A DNA stretch of 63,605 nt, filler included, from Squatina squatina (taxonomy: Eukaryota), in the NCBI GenBank assembly GCA_031763465.1. It is 4 parts of 4 records of this genome, joined end to end, with 100 filler letters (N's around TTAATTAATTAA, not from the genome) between each part and the next. Parts side by side here need not be neighbours in the genome. Positions count along the whole stretch, not along the records: positions 1 to 17,996 come from JARFOE010000203.1; 3 more parts are not named here. One strand, written 5' to 3'. The position numbers and the translations under genes are program-made. Positions 1-11,809 of the stretch are shown here, in pieces; position 1 is the stretch's first letter; each line of letters starts with the position of its first letter. The notes below the pieces were generated by a model. That model did not search any database and was not told the DNA's origin. It saw only the letters and a program-made list of their open reading frames with translations.

Positions 1-746
1 GAAGGAGTTAGTTAATTTTCCTGTCTTATAAGGGTATCCGTCCAGCCTGACTGTTGTGAATCAAGTTTAAATGTTCAGGGGTCAGGCATCAAAATGTACA
101 CTGTTGGTTGTGAGGTGCATGAAAAATGGTTTTATTCGCTTGGAAGAAAATGAAAAACTCTTGATGGTAATAATGGCCTGTACTGTGCTCGGGTGTTGAA
201 GATGGGAAAAATTGGTTAAGACTTTCAGAAAAGTCACTGCAAGCCCTCAGCAGGTTAAAATATTAGATTAGAAGATTAGATTAGCACATCTGTTTGGATA
301 GTGTGCATTTGTGTTTTCTGAAAGTATTCATGCTAAGGTGCCATGGTGTACTGGTGCTCAAACATGCTGTGCTATGGAGCAGTGGGATGCATCTTTGGTA
401 TTTCTATGTGGCAAGTTGCTTATCTCAGCCAGGCTGTTGCTGGGGAATACAGAATAAAGACAGGAGCATTTCTAACAAGGAGGGAGGGCTAATTTTAAAA
501 ACGATTATTTTTTTAAAGAGTCCAGCAAGTCAGTATGGGCTGCTTTTGTCGGCTTCCTGAGAGCTAATACAACAGCACAATTAACAAAGGCCTCAGTGTG
601 ATCAAATTTCCATTTGTATTAGCAGATACTAAACATATATAAAAAATGGTAGTACCAGATAATTGTTGTACTAAATTTGTATATATGTGTGGTGAAATAT
701 TTTTAAGTTTAGTCACAGTTTTCCTGTATTTTCTTTACTTACAAAG

Positions 747-842
747 GTAAAAAGCTATCAGAGTTTGAGCGAGTTACCCCTCTGAAAGTGTACAACTGGT
801 TTGCCAATCGTCGGAAGGAGATGAAGAGAAGAGCAAACATAG
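747..842 (+). CDS. HMBOX1: HMBOX1-family homeobox gene, internal exon (homeodomain helix 3)
   Basis: Acceptor tttacttacaaAG and donor G|GTAAGG. Translates (G)KKLSEFERVTPLKVYNWFANRRKEMKRRANI, with the HNF1/HMBOX1-class KVYNWFANRRKE motif. May be a paralog rather than the ortholog. Confidence 0.9.
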
Positions 843-1704
843 GTAAGGCTTTTAGTTTTTAAGAGGGTGGACTATAGGTGTTTTTTGTGCCTATTGAAAC
901 CTCTGCAGGAATGATTTTTATTATTTACAGGCCATCAAATACCTGCTTCACAACTAAACAGTTGTGGATTTGAATATCATTGTTTGATATTCAGTCTCTG
1001 GTCTCAGCTACTTCCAGCAGCTCTCCACTGACTTCTAGATGAAGCACCGTGGNNNNNNNNNNNNNNNNNNNNNNNNNNNNNNNNNNNNNNNNNNNNNNNN
1101 NNNNNNNNNNNNNNNNNNNNNNNNNNNNNNNNNNNNNNNNNNNNNNNNNNNNGAACTATTATCTTGGTTGAGCTATGCTTGGAACATTAAGTTGAGGAGT
1201 CCAATATATTCTTGAAGGAAATCAGGCCCTGAGTTAGCTGAGTTTATGTTGTGCTTATATGAGTCTGGCTGATTGAGTAGAACTGCTCTGTTTATACCCT
1301 GGGCTCTAAATGGAGCAGCTCTATGGGACACATTGCATACAAATGCAGATCAAATGCTTCTATGCCAGACCTACGTGTGTGTACATAATTAAATGCTATT
1401 TAGCAAGCATAATCGATAGTGAGAGACATGAGGCAATGTGGCTGGTGGTGTGGAACAGCAGCTCTGGGCAGCATGGGTGGATCCAACATTTGAAATTGAG
1501 GGATACAGTTGCAAATGTTTAAGAACATCTTTTTCTTGAATTAATTCAAATAACACAAACAAAAGTCTTTAAGATCCAACTCACTCTCCAGGGAAAGGGT
1601 AGTGAAAGGAGGAAGGAAAATCCATTACTTTAGACTTTTGTAGTGCCATTTCAGAGACAAAAGAAATACATATCAGTGGAATAGAATATTATAAATAGAA
1701 CTGA

Positions 1705-1900
1705 GACTCCCTGATAGGTCAGTTGGTAAAGACTTAGAGAATATAAGGTCCCAGGTCCACCTTCAGTCTTCACTTACCGAATTTCAGCCAAGGTGATGGT
1801 AAGGGCACCATGATTGGTCTTAGTGGCCTTGGGCTATGGAGGAGAACATCATCCAGTACTTTGACTCATGATTGCTATTTAATGACCTCTGCTGCAAAGC
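1705..1900 (+). mobile_element. degenerate tRNA-derived SINE
   Basis: A-box-like head (gataggtcagttggtaaa) then ggtcccaggt and a body resembling a common shark SINE. Related fragments lie near 21840-21905 (-) and 62245-62350 (+). Confidence 0.4.
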
Positions 1901-1994
1901 ATACTTGTGTGAACAGAATAGGGCTTGCTTTTGAAACATATACAATGTAGGGTGTTTAAGTTTAGTTAGTTTCTGATCAATCTTCTTTCCAAAG

Positions 1995-2089
1995 AAGCAG
2001 CAATCCTGGAGAGTCATGGGATCGACGTGCAGAGTCCTGGTGGACATTCCAATAGTGACGACATTGAGGGCAACGACTACTGTGAGCAA
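1995..2089 (+). CDS. HMBOX1: HMBOX1-family gene, penultimate coding exon
   Basis: Acceptor tcttctttccaaAG and donor CAA|GTGAGT, phase-compatible with the previous exon. Translates (E)AAILESHGIDVQSPGGHSNSDDIEGNDYCEQ, matching the HMBOX1 C-terminal region. Confidence 0.92.
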
Positions 2090-2359
2090 GTGAGTCACGA
2101 CTATTAGAGGTTAGAACTACAAAAGTTACTTCTTTAAATCTTTTTTTTTCTCTCTAACAGGTGTGTTAAATAAATATATATGTTATAAACTCAGAGTTTA
2201 TTATAAACTTCTAGTCCCTGCCGTCTAACAACCATTTGCAGGATGACCAACTAAAGGTTATCACTATAGACTGTTTAAGGTTAAGTCTAAATCATTCATT
2301 TGAGGGTAGGTGTCCACATGTCTTATGCAGGTCTTCACTACATTGTTCTTAGAGGCAAC

Positions 2360-2423
2360 AATGCTGGAAAAACTCAGCAGGTCAGGCAGCATCTGTGGAG
2401 AGAAAAACAGAGTCAACGTTTCA
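2360..2423 (-). mobile_element. Penelope-like repeat fragment (hammerhead-associated tail)
   Basis: Reverse complement of the GAAACGTT-GACTCT-gttt...ctccacagatgctgcctgacctgctgag...ccagcatt unit also seen at 5671-5770. It is cut off by a CR1 tail (atagaaaca) at the gap. Confidence 0.65.
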
Positions 2424-3202
2424 TAGAAACANNNNNNNNNNNNNNNNNNNNNNNNNNNNNNNNNNNNNNNNNNNNNNNNNNNNNNNNNNNNNNNNNNNNN
2501 NNNNNNNNNNNNNNNNNNNNNNNNNNNNNNNATGGTGCCTCACAGCTCATTCTTTGCATATAAAAAAGCATGTTTATTGTTTGGTTGGCTTATGTTAAAT
2601 AAGGAAGCCTTTGTCTCCAAAAATAACTTGCTTTTAGCATAGAAAATCATCCTAAGCTGCTTCTCAGAGGCATTCATTCCAATTCTGACAGGATACCGAG
2701 AGTGAGATTTAGAAAAAAAGCTGGCAGGAAATGGTAGTTGATATATTTTCTGTAATTACTTTCTGTTCTTTTTAAAATAAATGTATTCAAATCTGAAACT
2801 TAAAGTAAATACCCAAGGAAATTTTATGACAACCTAAATTCACACTGTTGATAATTCTAACACCTGACTACAACGGGTGCAACGCGGTTATATCAGGACC
2901 AGGAAGTTAAAGAATATTCACAGCCATATCCTCGTTAATGATGGGAACTAATATACTAATAATTTCATTACATATATGTTTGGAAAATCCTGCACTTTTT
3001 GTGGGTAGCTTGGATAGACTTTCTCAAAAATGAGTGGATGGGCAAGTTATACTGCTGGCAATGTGTGTGTATATATCTCTGTACCTCTGTAGAGGCTGAC
3101 ACACATGTGTCAATACTGACCTTTAAACATTATGTTTAATTTTTATTAAATCCAGTGCTACTTATATGGCAGTTTGTGTTTCTCTCCTCCTCCCCTCCAT
3201 AG

Positions 3203-3248
3203 GATGAAAATACTTGCCATAGTGACCATCAGCACGACCCCATCTCAT
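3203..3248 (+). CDS. HMBOX1: HMBOX1-family gene, last coding exon (truncated by N gap)
   Basis: Long pyrimidine tract followed by catAG. Translates DENTCHSDHQHDPIS, compared with HMBOX1 DDSTSHSDHQDPISL. The stop codon falls in gap 3249-3408. Confidence 0.85.
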
Positions 3249-5512
3249 NNNNNNNNNNNNNNNNNNNNNNNNNNNNNNNNNNNNNNNNNNNNNNNNNNNN
3301 NNNNNNNNNNNNNNNNNNNNNNNNNNNNNNNNNNNNNNNNNNNNNNNNNNNNNNNNNNNNNNNNNNNNNNNNNNNNNNNNNNNNNNNNNNNNNNNNNNNN
3401 NNNNNNNNTTATTTACTGTTGCTCACCAGACTATTAGATGTATCTTTATCATTTGGTTGTTCGCTGTGCGTTAAATTGAAAGAAAAGTTCTCATATCATT
3501 TTTATAGCTGCCAATGTGATCATCTCATATTAACATATCAGTGAATAGAAGTTGTCAGGTGTGACTAGTGCTAAGGTTTGCTGACGGCTGACTGTGAACT
3601 CAACAACCATGTTTTTAATGTATTATTGCACATTACCCAATACAGTTCAAACTATTAGCTGGAGGCAAAATAAAAGCAGTTTCTATTTTCTAAATTTTAC
3701 ATAGCTAGTTTTTTATTAGGAAGGTGCGAACAAAAAGTCAAACCAGACCAAACTGGCCCAACGTCGGAAGTTGTGTGGGCCCAGAACATACACACTGCAG
3801 TTTCTTCAAGGTCCCAACTTGTGGAAACTGAGAAACAGGTGGCTCCATACACACCCATACCAGATTTTACATTGGGCATTTCAGATTGGGCTTTGTTCGT
3901 TTGCTCCTACTTTTCAGCATGTTTTTAAATCAGGGCTCGGGGAGACATCGTACAGTCAGATCCTGCTGTGGTCATTCCCTGATCAAATCATTTCCCTTCT
4001 GGTCAATTTTAATTAATATATTTTCTTTGTAAAGTTAACTGTAGAAGTTTTGGTTGTTCTTCAGCCTGCAAGCATTATCTGGATGACCCTTCGACCCTCT
4101 CTTCATGTCTGTTTGTGTATGTGCAATTAGATGATGAAAATTACAATAACTAAAAGGACTCTTTGGAATTTGCATCTCAGGTTAAGGAGGAACAAAATGT
4201 TTGGATCTGACAGGCCCTCTGTAAGAGACAATTTACCATCACTGGGTGCATTCTGCCAATTTCCATTTCCCCAAAAGCAAGGTTATATTTAATGAGATCT
4301 GAAAAAACCCTCACTCTTACAATGCTCTCATCAGTCTAACAGTCATTGTGTCTGTAATTGAGGTCGGTATCAGCGCAGTCTCATTTTTATATAGAGGAGG
4401 TTTTGTACTGTGTGAAGAGTGTTACAAAAGTTAATTCAGTATTAAATTTGATGTCAGAAAAGTTAACTTGTTAGCTGTTTTACTGTGGGGAGAGGTCAGG
4501 CACAAGGACTGAACACGCAGATTGCTCACAAACTACGTGCTGAAGATCTACCCACAGCTAGAGAAATGTTCTCAATGACGCATAGGTTTCATTCTATCTG
4601 GTGCTAGTGGATCTTGTAACAGCTATCTATAAAACAGCACTGTTGTTTCAAAAAATCCACTTCTGGTTATTTGGAAATTGGTAGTTAACAAAACAGCAGT
4701 TATATTTACCAGGGAAGGCCAAACAGGGATCGCCAAGTAGCTACAACAGTTGAATTTGCTACTGAAGCTTACCTTCTCTTGCATTAGCTGAGGAATGTCA
4801 TCCCATAGATAAAGACGCCTCTGGCTGTATTTTCCCACTCAGGAGGACACTGGTTTAAGGAGGTTAACTAAAGTTATGGGATGGATGTGTGGGTGAACAC
4901 TGGCAGTTTTGAGGATTGTCAGATTCAAACTTTGTGCTCATTTGTAATCTAGGTGCCTACAGAAGAAGAAACCCAAGTGACTTCATAAGTGGGCTTTCAG
5001 TGTTGTAAAACTTTCACAGCCAGGAGTTTACCTTGTGGTGCAGTGTCTCCACATCTCCTGAAGTTAAAGTTGAGGGAAAATTTGACATGTTGTTGATCTT
5101 TTTGCAAATGTTTCTTTACCCAAAGTTGGAGACTCTGGTTCATGTCACCATAAGGGATCAGTGTTGTTCCCCTTGAAGCTACTGTTGATGAAGAAAGCTT
5201 CAAAGGAATAAAGCTAATCCTAACAGAAACAAAAAAAAATCTATGTCATTGCCATGGATTTAATTCTAGATTGTAATTAATCATCCAGATTCACAAGCAT
5301 TCCTGCTTCCTGTGAAGTACTTCAGTAAAAACAATACCACCTTGGGTTTGCCAAATTAGCAGAGAATCTAGAAACAAGCTGGTCCAGTCCCAGTCTATAA
5401 TGATGCTGGTTGNNNNNNNNNNNNNNNNNNNNNNNNNNNNNNNNNNNNNNNNNNNNNNNNNNNNNNNNNNNNNNNNNNNNNNNNNNNNNNNNNNNNNNNN
5501 NNNNNNNNNNNN

Positions 5513-5582
5513 CGGTGCAGGCTCGAAGGGCCTAATGGCCTACTCCTGCACCTATTTTCTATGTTTCTATGTTTCTATGTTT
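5513..5582 (+). mobile_element. CR1 LINE 3' end
   Basis: gcaggctcgaagggcc..aatggcctactcctgc followed by a (TTTCTATG)n tail. Confidence 0.8.
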
Positions 5583-5670
5583 CAACCCAACTGGTCCGTG
5601 CCAAGGTTTATGCTCCACACGAGCCCCCTTCCACTCTACCTCATCTAACCCTATCAGCTTATCTTCCTGG

Positions 5671-5770
5671 AGAGTTCTGACAAAAGGCCATTGACCTGAA
5701 ACGTTAACTCTGTTTCTCTCTCCACAGAGGCTGCCTGGCCTGCTGAGTATTTCCAGCATTTTCAGTTTTT
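5671..5770 (+). mobile_element. Penelope-like element terminal repeat with hammerhead-ribozyme motif
   Basis: AGAGTT-CTGACAA-A-AGGCCATTGACCT-GAAACGTT-AACTCT followed by a conserved ~60-nt tail repeated at 2360, 42960, 51830 and 60485. Confidence 0.7.
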
Positions 5771-8700
5771 ACTTCAGCTGTCCAATTTAAACTCGGTTCA
5801 ACTGGTGATTTAAGGAACTTGTCTCACAGAATCACTTTATCCACTCTAGTGCAGGCAAGTCATAAGGATACAATTTAGAAATCAGAATTCCCCAACAGCG
5901 CAGAAGACCGCTCCTTTTCTGCCTCCACACAGTTCTCCTTGTCTGCTGAGCCAATCAAAACTGAAGGCGATGATCAGCCATGATCTTATTGAATGGTGGA
6001 ACAGGCTCGAGGGGCCTTTTGGCATTCTTATGTTCTTGTGTACCTTTTTCTTATGTACCTTTTTAACACAGTATTTCTATTAGATATCTATCCATATTTC
6101 TGAAATTCTTATTAATATTCTTGTGAGAATAATTTCTGGGGATTTTATCTTTACTCCTTAATGTATGTTTGTTTTTAAAGTACCTCAAGTACAGTATTTC
6201 ATTGTTGAGGTGGTGTTAGATGAAAGGACACATACCAGGGTCAGCAGGTATGAGACCATGTCTGCCGGTGACCAGGGATAGCTCAGATCTGCAAGAGCCT
6301 TTTCTAGCCCTTTACCATCCGCACAAAGACACCGGCAAGCGTAACATAGGGACAACATTGCAAGTGGTTAGCAAGGTCATTGCTGTCCTTAACTGTTTTG
6401 CCTGTGGCACAGGAAAAAAAAAGACTTTCTAAGTGTTATTTTGATTATTACCCTAGTAAGTATTCTATACATTCTGAACTTTATTTATGCAGCATTAATC
6501 TCAGGCTTCACCTAATTTCACCCATGTAGGTAAAGTATTACAGCCATTATCAGGTTCAGACTTGTATAGCGGAGATGGACCGACACAGAACAGTCTTTGT
6601 TTTTCTCTTGAATATTCTGGTTATCTCATAGTTCAGGTGTTGCCCTTAATCATGATGTAATGGATGCCTTAGTGTTGAAACATTCACAAACCTTAATTAT
6701 ATTTTGGCACTAATACTGTAGAAACCACAATGCCCTCACCTATCATTCTTTAGTACACTGTTTTAAAGGACATGTTAAGTCATTTATTTATTTTAAATGC
6801 GTTTAGGTCATTAAAACAGTGGACAAAGAAATGTCATACAAACACTAATATTTGTACTGTGAAACTTTGGGGGCACCGGGTTTTGAAATCACATTTCATC
6901 CACAGGAAAAAAATCTTAAATCAGACCCATCACCCCATGAGATGTAACTTACTAAATGTGAATGGGTGGCCTATAACTCGTGACTTTGTTGTTCATAGGA
7001 TATGAAATCACCCATATTCCTTTTAATGAAAACAGTATTTTTCAGTTTGATGTGTAGGCTCTATATCCTCAAAGGGATTAATAGCCTACTGACAGTAAAG
7101 ACCAGGATGAAAGTATGACAGAATCCTTTTGTTCATTTCTACTACGGAACCTAATCTACAAATATGGGAGATTATTGGCTCAAGGCACTCTTTTCTTCCC
7201 CGTAAATGTTGCTTTTGGGATGTGCAAGAGGTTGAGATCAGTGTTGAATCTGTTTGCACATCAATTCTCATTTCAGCTGTTTCACAGTTGTAACCAGTGG
7301 CACGTACATATGTTGCCAGTATGTTGCAATGATATTACTACATTCTGTCACTTTGAAAAATGTCATAGGATCATTGTGCCGCTGTATATGATAAGACCAT
7401 ATGTACATACCAACCTGGTGCATGCAACCAGCAGTGTTACTGCAAATGGCATGTTCAGTCTGACAGAACTGAACCAACAGAAATCTGCAATAATCTGCTG
7501 CAGGTCACTACCAAACAACAATTCACATCAAGTAGAAGCTGGATTGTGAGCAAAACCCAGAGGGCTCTGACTTTTAATTGACAGTGTAACTTACGATTAA
7601 TTTGTAGTTTTATTGCAGCTTCTGCTTTAAAAATAAATAAATTGAGACAGTGATATTTTTCAGAAGAATTGCAGAATTAATGATATACTGCAATTATCTT
7701 CTGTTCAGCATGTCGGTGTTAGTTTATTGCTTTTAATTTCATATCAACCAATCAGTAATATGTGCTGAGACAAATTTAGCAACACGATCATCAGTGGCTG
7801 TTTCCAGACTATTGGGCTCTAAACATATAAGACAGTTATGTGGCAGTAAGTGCCAAGCTGTGAATACTGCAGGTTCTGGCAATAAGCAAAGAAACCCAAT
7901 CAAATATCAGTTGAAATTATTCAAATCTATCAGCTTAATAAGCAGAAATGAGGTACTCGATCTGAACAGGTTGTGGTATGCTGGTTGTGATAAAGGGCAG
8001 AAATTGAGCAGCAAAGCCAAAATACAAAGGTGACATTATTTTTCAAAAGCTGACAGACCCAAANNNNNNNNNNNNNNNNNNNNNNNNNNNNNNNNNNNNN
8101 NNNNNNNNNNNNNNNNNNNNNNNNNNNNNNNNNNNNNNNNNNNNNNNNNNNNNNNNNNNNNNNGTGAGATACCGATGTAGCATAGCTTCTGGAGGAGCCG
8201 GGCAACTTCCTGATTTCCTTGTTTAACCGTGCCTGTGCAGGTGCCAGAAGTTGCTGTCCAATTTGCTCCGTAACGGTGGGCGCTGATGGCCTGTTATTTC
8301 TGCCACAAAATCCGAGCCATGGCTTCTCCAGGCAGAGGTGACAACTATTTCAAATGTCTGGTTAATTGAGAGAGAGAGATGCCTTGTACTTGCAAAATCG
8401 ATGATGGTATCAAACATTCAGTTTTTTAGGTAAGATCTGCCTGGCTTAGGCTGTAATAACGCAGTTTGTATGTAGGAATTTAAAAAAATAAACAAGCTTT
8501 GCAAGAGAACTATGTGGTTCTGTTGGCTAGACACTGGCATTTCATCTCTGGTGCCCATTTTCAAATTGAGCTTAAACTTTGCTAAGTGCAAGGGTCCTAT
8601 ATAAAATGAAAATGGGCAGTCTTAACCAAGTTCTCAGTAGGCATAGGTCTATAATTCTAAAACAAATGAGTAATGTCTCCGTTAAGGCATGAAGATAGCA

Positions 8701-8859
8701 ACAATTGGATTGGTAGAGTGAGGAAAGGGATGAAGACCAGGCAGTGGTACATTGTTGCAGTAAAGTAATGGGGGTTTTACTTTGCACCTCCCAGCAGCTG
8801 ATTCAGCGTGGCATTGGAGGAAGTCTGGGACCAGGTTAACTGCCAATCCTCTCATACCT

Positions 8860-8932
8860 TATTGGCTGTAAAGTGCTTTGGGATGGCCTGAGGTCGCGAA
8901 AGACACTATATAAATGCAAGTCTTTCTTTGTT
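8860..8932 (+). mobile_element. Deu-SINE (SacSINE1-like) / L2-derived 3' tail
   Basis: ttggctgtaaagtgctttgggatggcctgaggtcgcgaaagacactatataaatgcaagtctttcttt. Confidence 0.75.
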
Positions 8933-11426
8933 TCTTTCTTTCATTTAGGGGACCCACGGAGATTAGAAAGTAGAGTTTGCATTTCTTAGAAGCTGGGTTT
9001 TGATGTTTTGAGCCAGGGACATCAATTTTTAAAAACGTATATCTATCAATGAAGTTAAAATAGGTGTGTGTACTGGTACCAGCTTCATTTATGGTATCAC
9101 TATATGACTCTAGTTGATATTTGCAAAATGTTCAGAATACTGATGTTCATAATATTTAAAATAAAAACCTACAACCAATTTTTCAAATTGTATCTACAAC
9201 CAACAAAAGTTATGTCTTGGACAATTAAAACTGTAAACTAAGATTAATATACCCACAGACCCGCCATTATAAATATTGAGCAAAAAACACCCAATTTGCT
9301 GGATTAGAAACTGTGGCCATCATGTGTTTTTTTCCCCCAAAAGAATTTAATATAACTGGTGATAATAGCAATAGACTATAAGTTTATCATTAATTCTATG
9401 CACTTCAAGAAAAACTTCCACAAAGAAGATAGATACATTTTTTTCTTGGAACACTGCCTATGATAATCCATCAAAAACCTTATGGGGGGAAATCAGATGC
9501 TAGCCATTCAACCTCTCAAGTAGTTAAAATAACGTCGTGATATTATGGCATGCCTAATTGTATGACTTCATGTGGTTTCATTTATTTTAGGTGAGGTTTG
9601 TACAAATAGTCACCATATCCATTTGTATGCCCCATCTAATTGAGATGGCTGACAGTGTAAGAGATTACAGTAGCACCTACGTGGAAATTTGGNNNNNNNN
9701 NNNNNNNNNNNNNNNNNNNNNNNNNNNNNNNNNNNNNNNNNNNNNNNNNNNNNNNNNNNNNNNNNNNNNNNNNNNNNNNNNNNNNNNNNNNNTTGGCGAA
9801 TTATTAAATCAACACGGAGAATTGACATTCAAAAAAACAATTCAGAGAAATCTGACTTGGAGTGGTGAACCTTGAACTTAAAAAATTGCACTATTGGCCA
9901 ATAGAAAAGGTACAGTATTATTCTATTCATTCTGCCAGATTTAAAGGGTACCCACTGTACTGTGGGCAGTGTATTGCACTTAACTTTGTATCCTATTTAT
10001 TGTCTGGTTATTTAAAAGACAAACTTGGGCTTCTCCCAGCTAGTAATTTCTGTGAAAGACTGTTGAGTTATGTGTATAACAAAGACAGGTTTTAAGTCTA
10101 TAGTTTTGCAAGATATATATGTATATACATATCCAAAATATTAATGCTACCCCATCATCTTTCCAATCCCTAATCTGAGATGTTATCTGAACAAGGGTAA
10201 TACTTCTTCATTCACCAACCAGCAAGAGTCTAGCCAGTGTAAATGTCATACTTCTAAGGACTTTAAAGATAGTCCAAATGCATCCAATTATTGTAAATAT
10301 TTTTTAAAGCACTTTTTTAAATAAATTACTTTTTGTACTCCAGTATGTTTTAGTGTATAAAAGTAGCAGATCAGTTGCATACTTAAGAGAATTATATAAG
10401 GTGCATAATTNNNNNNNNNNNNNNNNNNNNNNNNNNNNNNNNNNNNNNNNNNNNNNNNNNNNNNNNNNNNNNNNNNNNNNNNNNNNNNNNNNNNNNNNNN
10501 NNNNNNNNNNAGTCATGTTGGAAGCTGACATCTTTCCTCCCTTTTCAACCTCTCGCATGCTGCTGCACAGATTCTATATTTTTGTTTCCTCTTTGATTTT
10601 CTTTACTGACAAAGTGAAAGATTCTCAGTGTTTCAGCAGTGAATTCTTCATTCAAATACGATGCAATGATAATTAAGTGCAACAAGAATGATTGAAAATA
10701 TAGCTTTTACCTTGATTGCACCTTCTAACAACCATCTGTTTATGCCCAATGAAATGTGTCCTTTTCAATATTTATTATTCCCTGAAGTAAGTGTACATTG
10801 TCCCCCATCCCATTTCAGTTTTATGCACTGTATTTAAGTAACTTTTCACACATTCTTTTATTTAGTTCCAAGGAAATACAGGACATCTTATCTGTTTAAC
10901 CAAACTTCGATTGTACAAAAAGTCTAATTATAGATTGAATAGTGTCTGTTAAACTATTGTAGCAACACATGCTTGAAAACAGTTTTCAGTTAAGCTTGTA
11001 CTAAAATTCAGCAAGGCCAACTATGAATGTGTATTCACTAATTTGTTGACAAATCTACTGCCATAATAGTTAATGTTCGGGTTATTTTCCACTTAAGGGC
11101 ACTGGTTTAGTGTCTATGTTATGTCCAGAGGTTAACTGTATCTACATACGTACAAAAATATGCAAGAAAAAATTGACCTACTGAACTATCAGCTATTGAT
11201 GTGACTATAATATTGTGGAATTTATAACAATAGCCATCATCGGTTTACTAATACCTTTTTAAAATTATATCTCCCCTTCCCCCACCCCCCAACTATGTGG
11301 TCTTTCACCTCCTTTATTTGAAAGTGNNNNNNNNNNNNNNNNNNNNNNNNNNNNNNNNNNNNNNNNNNNNNNNNNNNNNNNNNNNNNNNNNNNNNNNNNN
11401 NNNNNNNNNNNNNNNNNNNNNNNNNN

Positions 11427-11809
11427 CTCATTGAAACATACAAAATTCTTACAGGGCTCGACAGGGTAGATGCAGGGAGGATGTTTCCCCTGACTGGAGA
11501 GTCCAGAACCAGGGTCACAGTCTCAGGATACGGGGTCGGCCATTTAGGACTGAGATGAGGAGAAATTTCTTCACTCAGAGGGTGGTGAAGCTGTGGAACT
11601 CTCTACCACAGAAGGCAGTGGAGGCCAAGTCATTAAATATATTCAAGGAGATAGATATACTTCTTAATGCTAAAGGGATTAAGGGATATGGGGAGAAAGC
11701 GAGGACAGGGTACTGAATTAGACGAATAGCCATGATCATATTGAATGGCGGAGCAGGCCCGAAGAGCCGACTGGCCTACTCCTGCTCCTATTTTTTATGT
11801 TTCTATGTT
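11427..11809 (+). mobile_element. CR1 LINE ORF2 C-terminus plus 3' UTR
   Basis: Encodes IETYKILTGLDRVDAGRMFPL...RRNFFTQRVVKLWNSLPQKAVEA, then the CR1 3' stem and a tatgtttctatgtt tail. Confidence 0.9.

Noticed and set aside
7115-7549. 144-aa ORF
   Set aside because: No recognisable homology, Cys/His/Phe-rich composition typical of non-coding AT-rich DNA, and no convincing splice sites.
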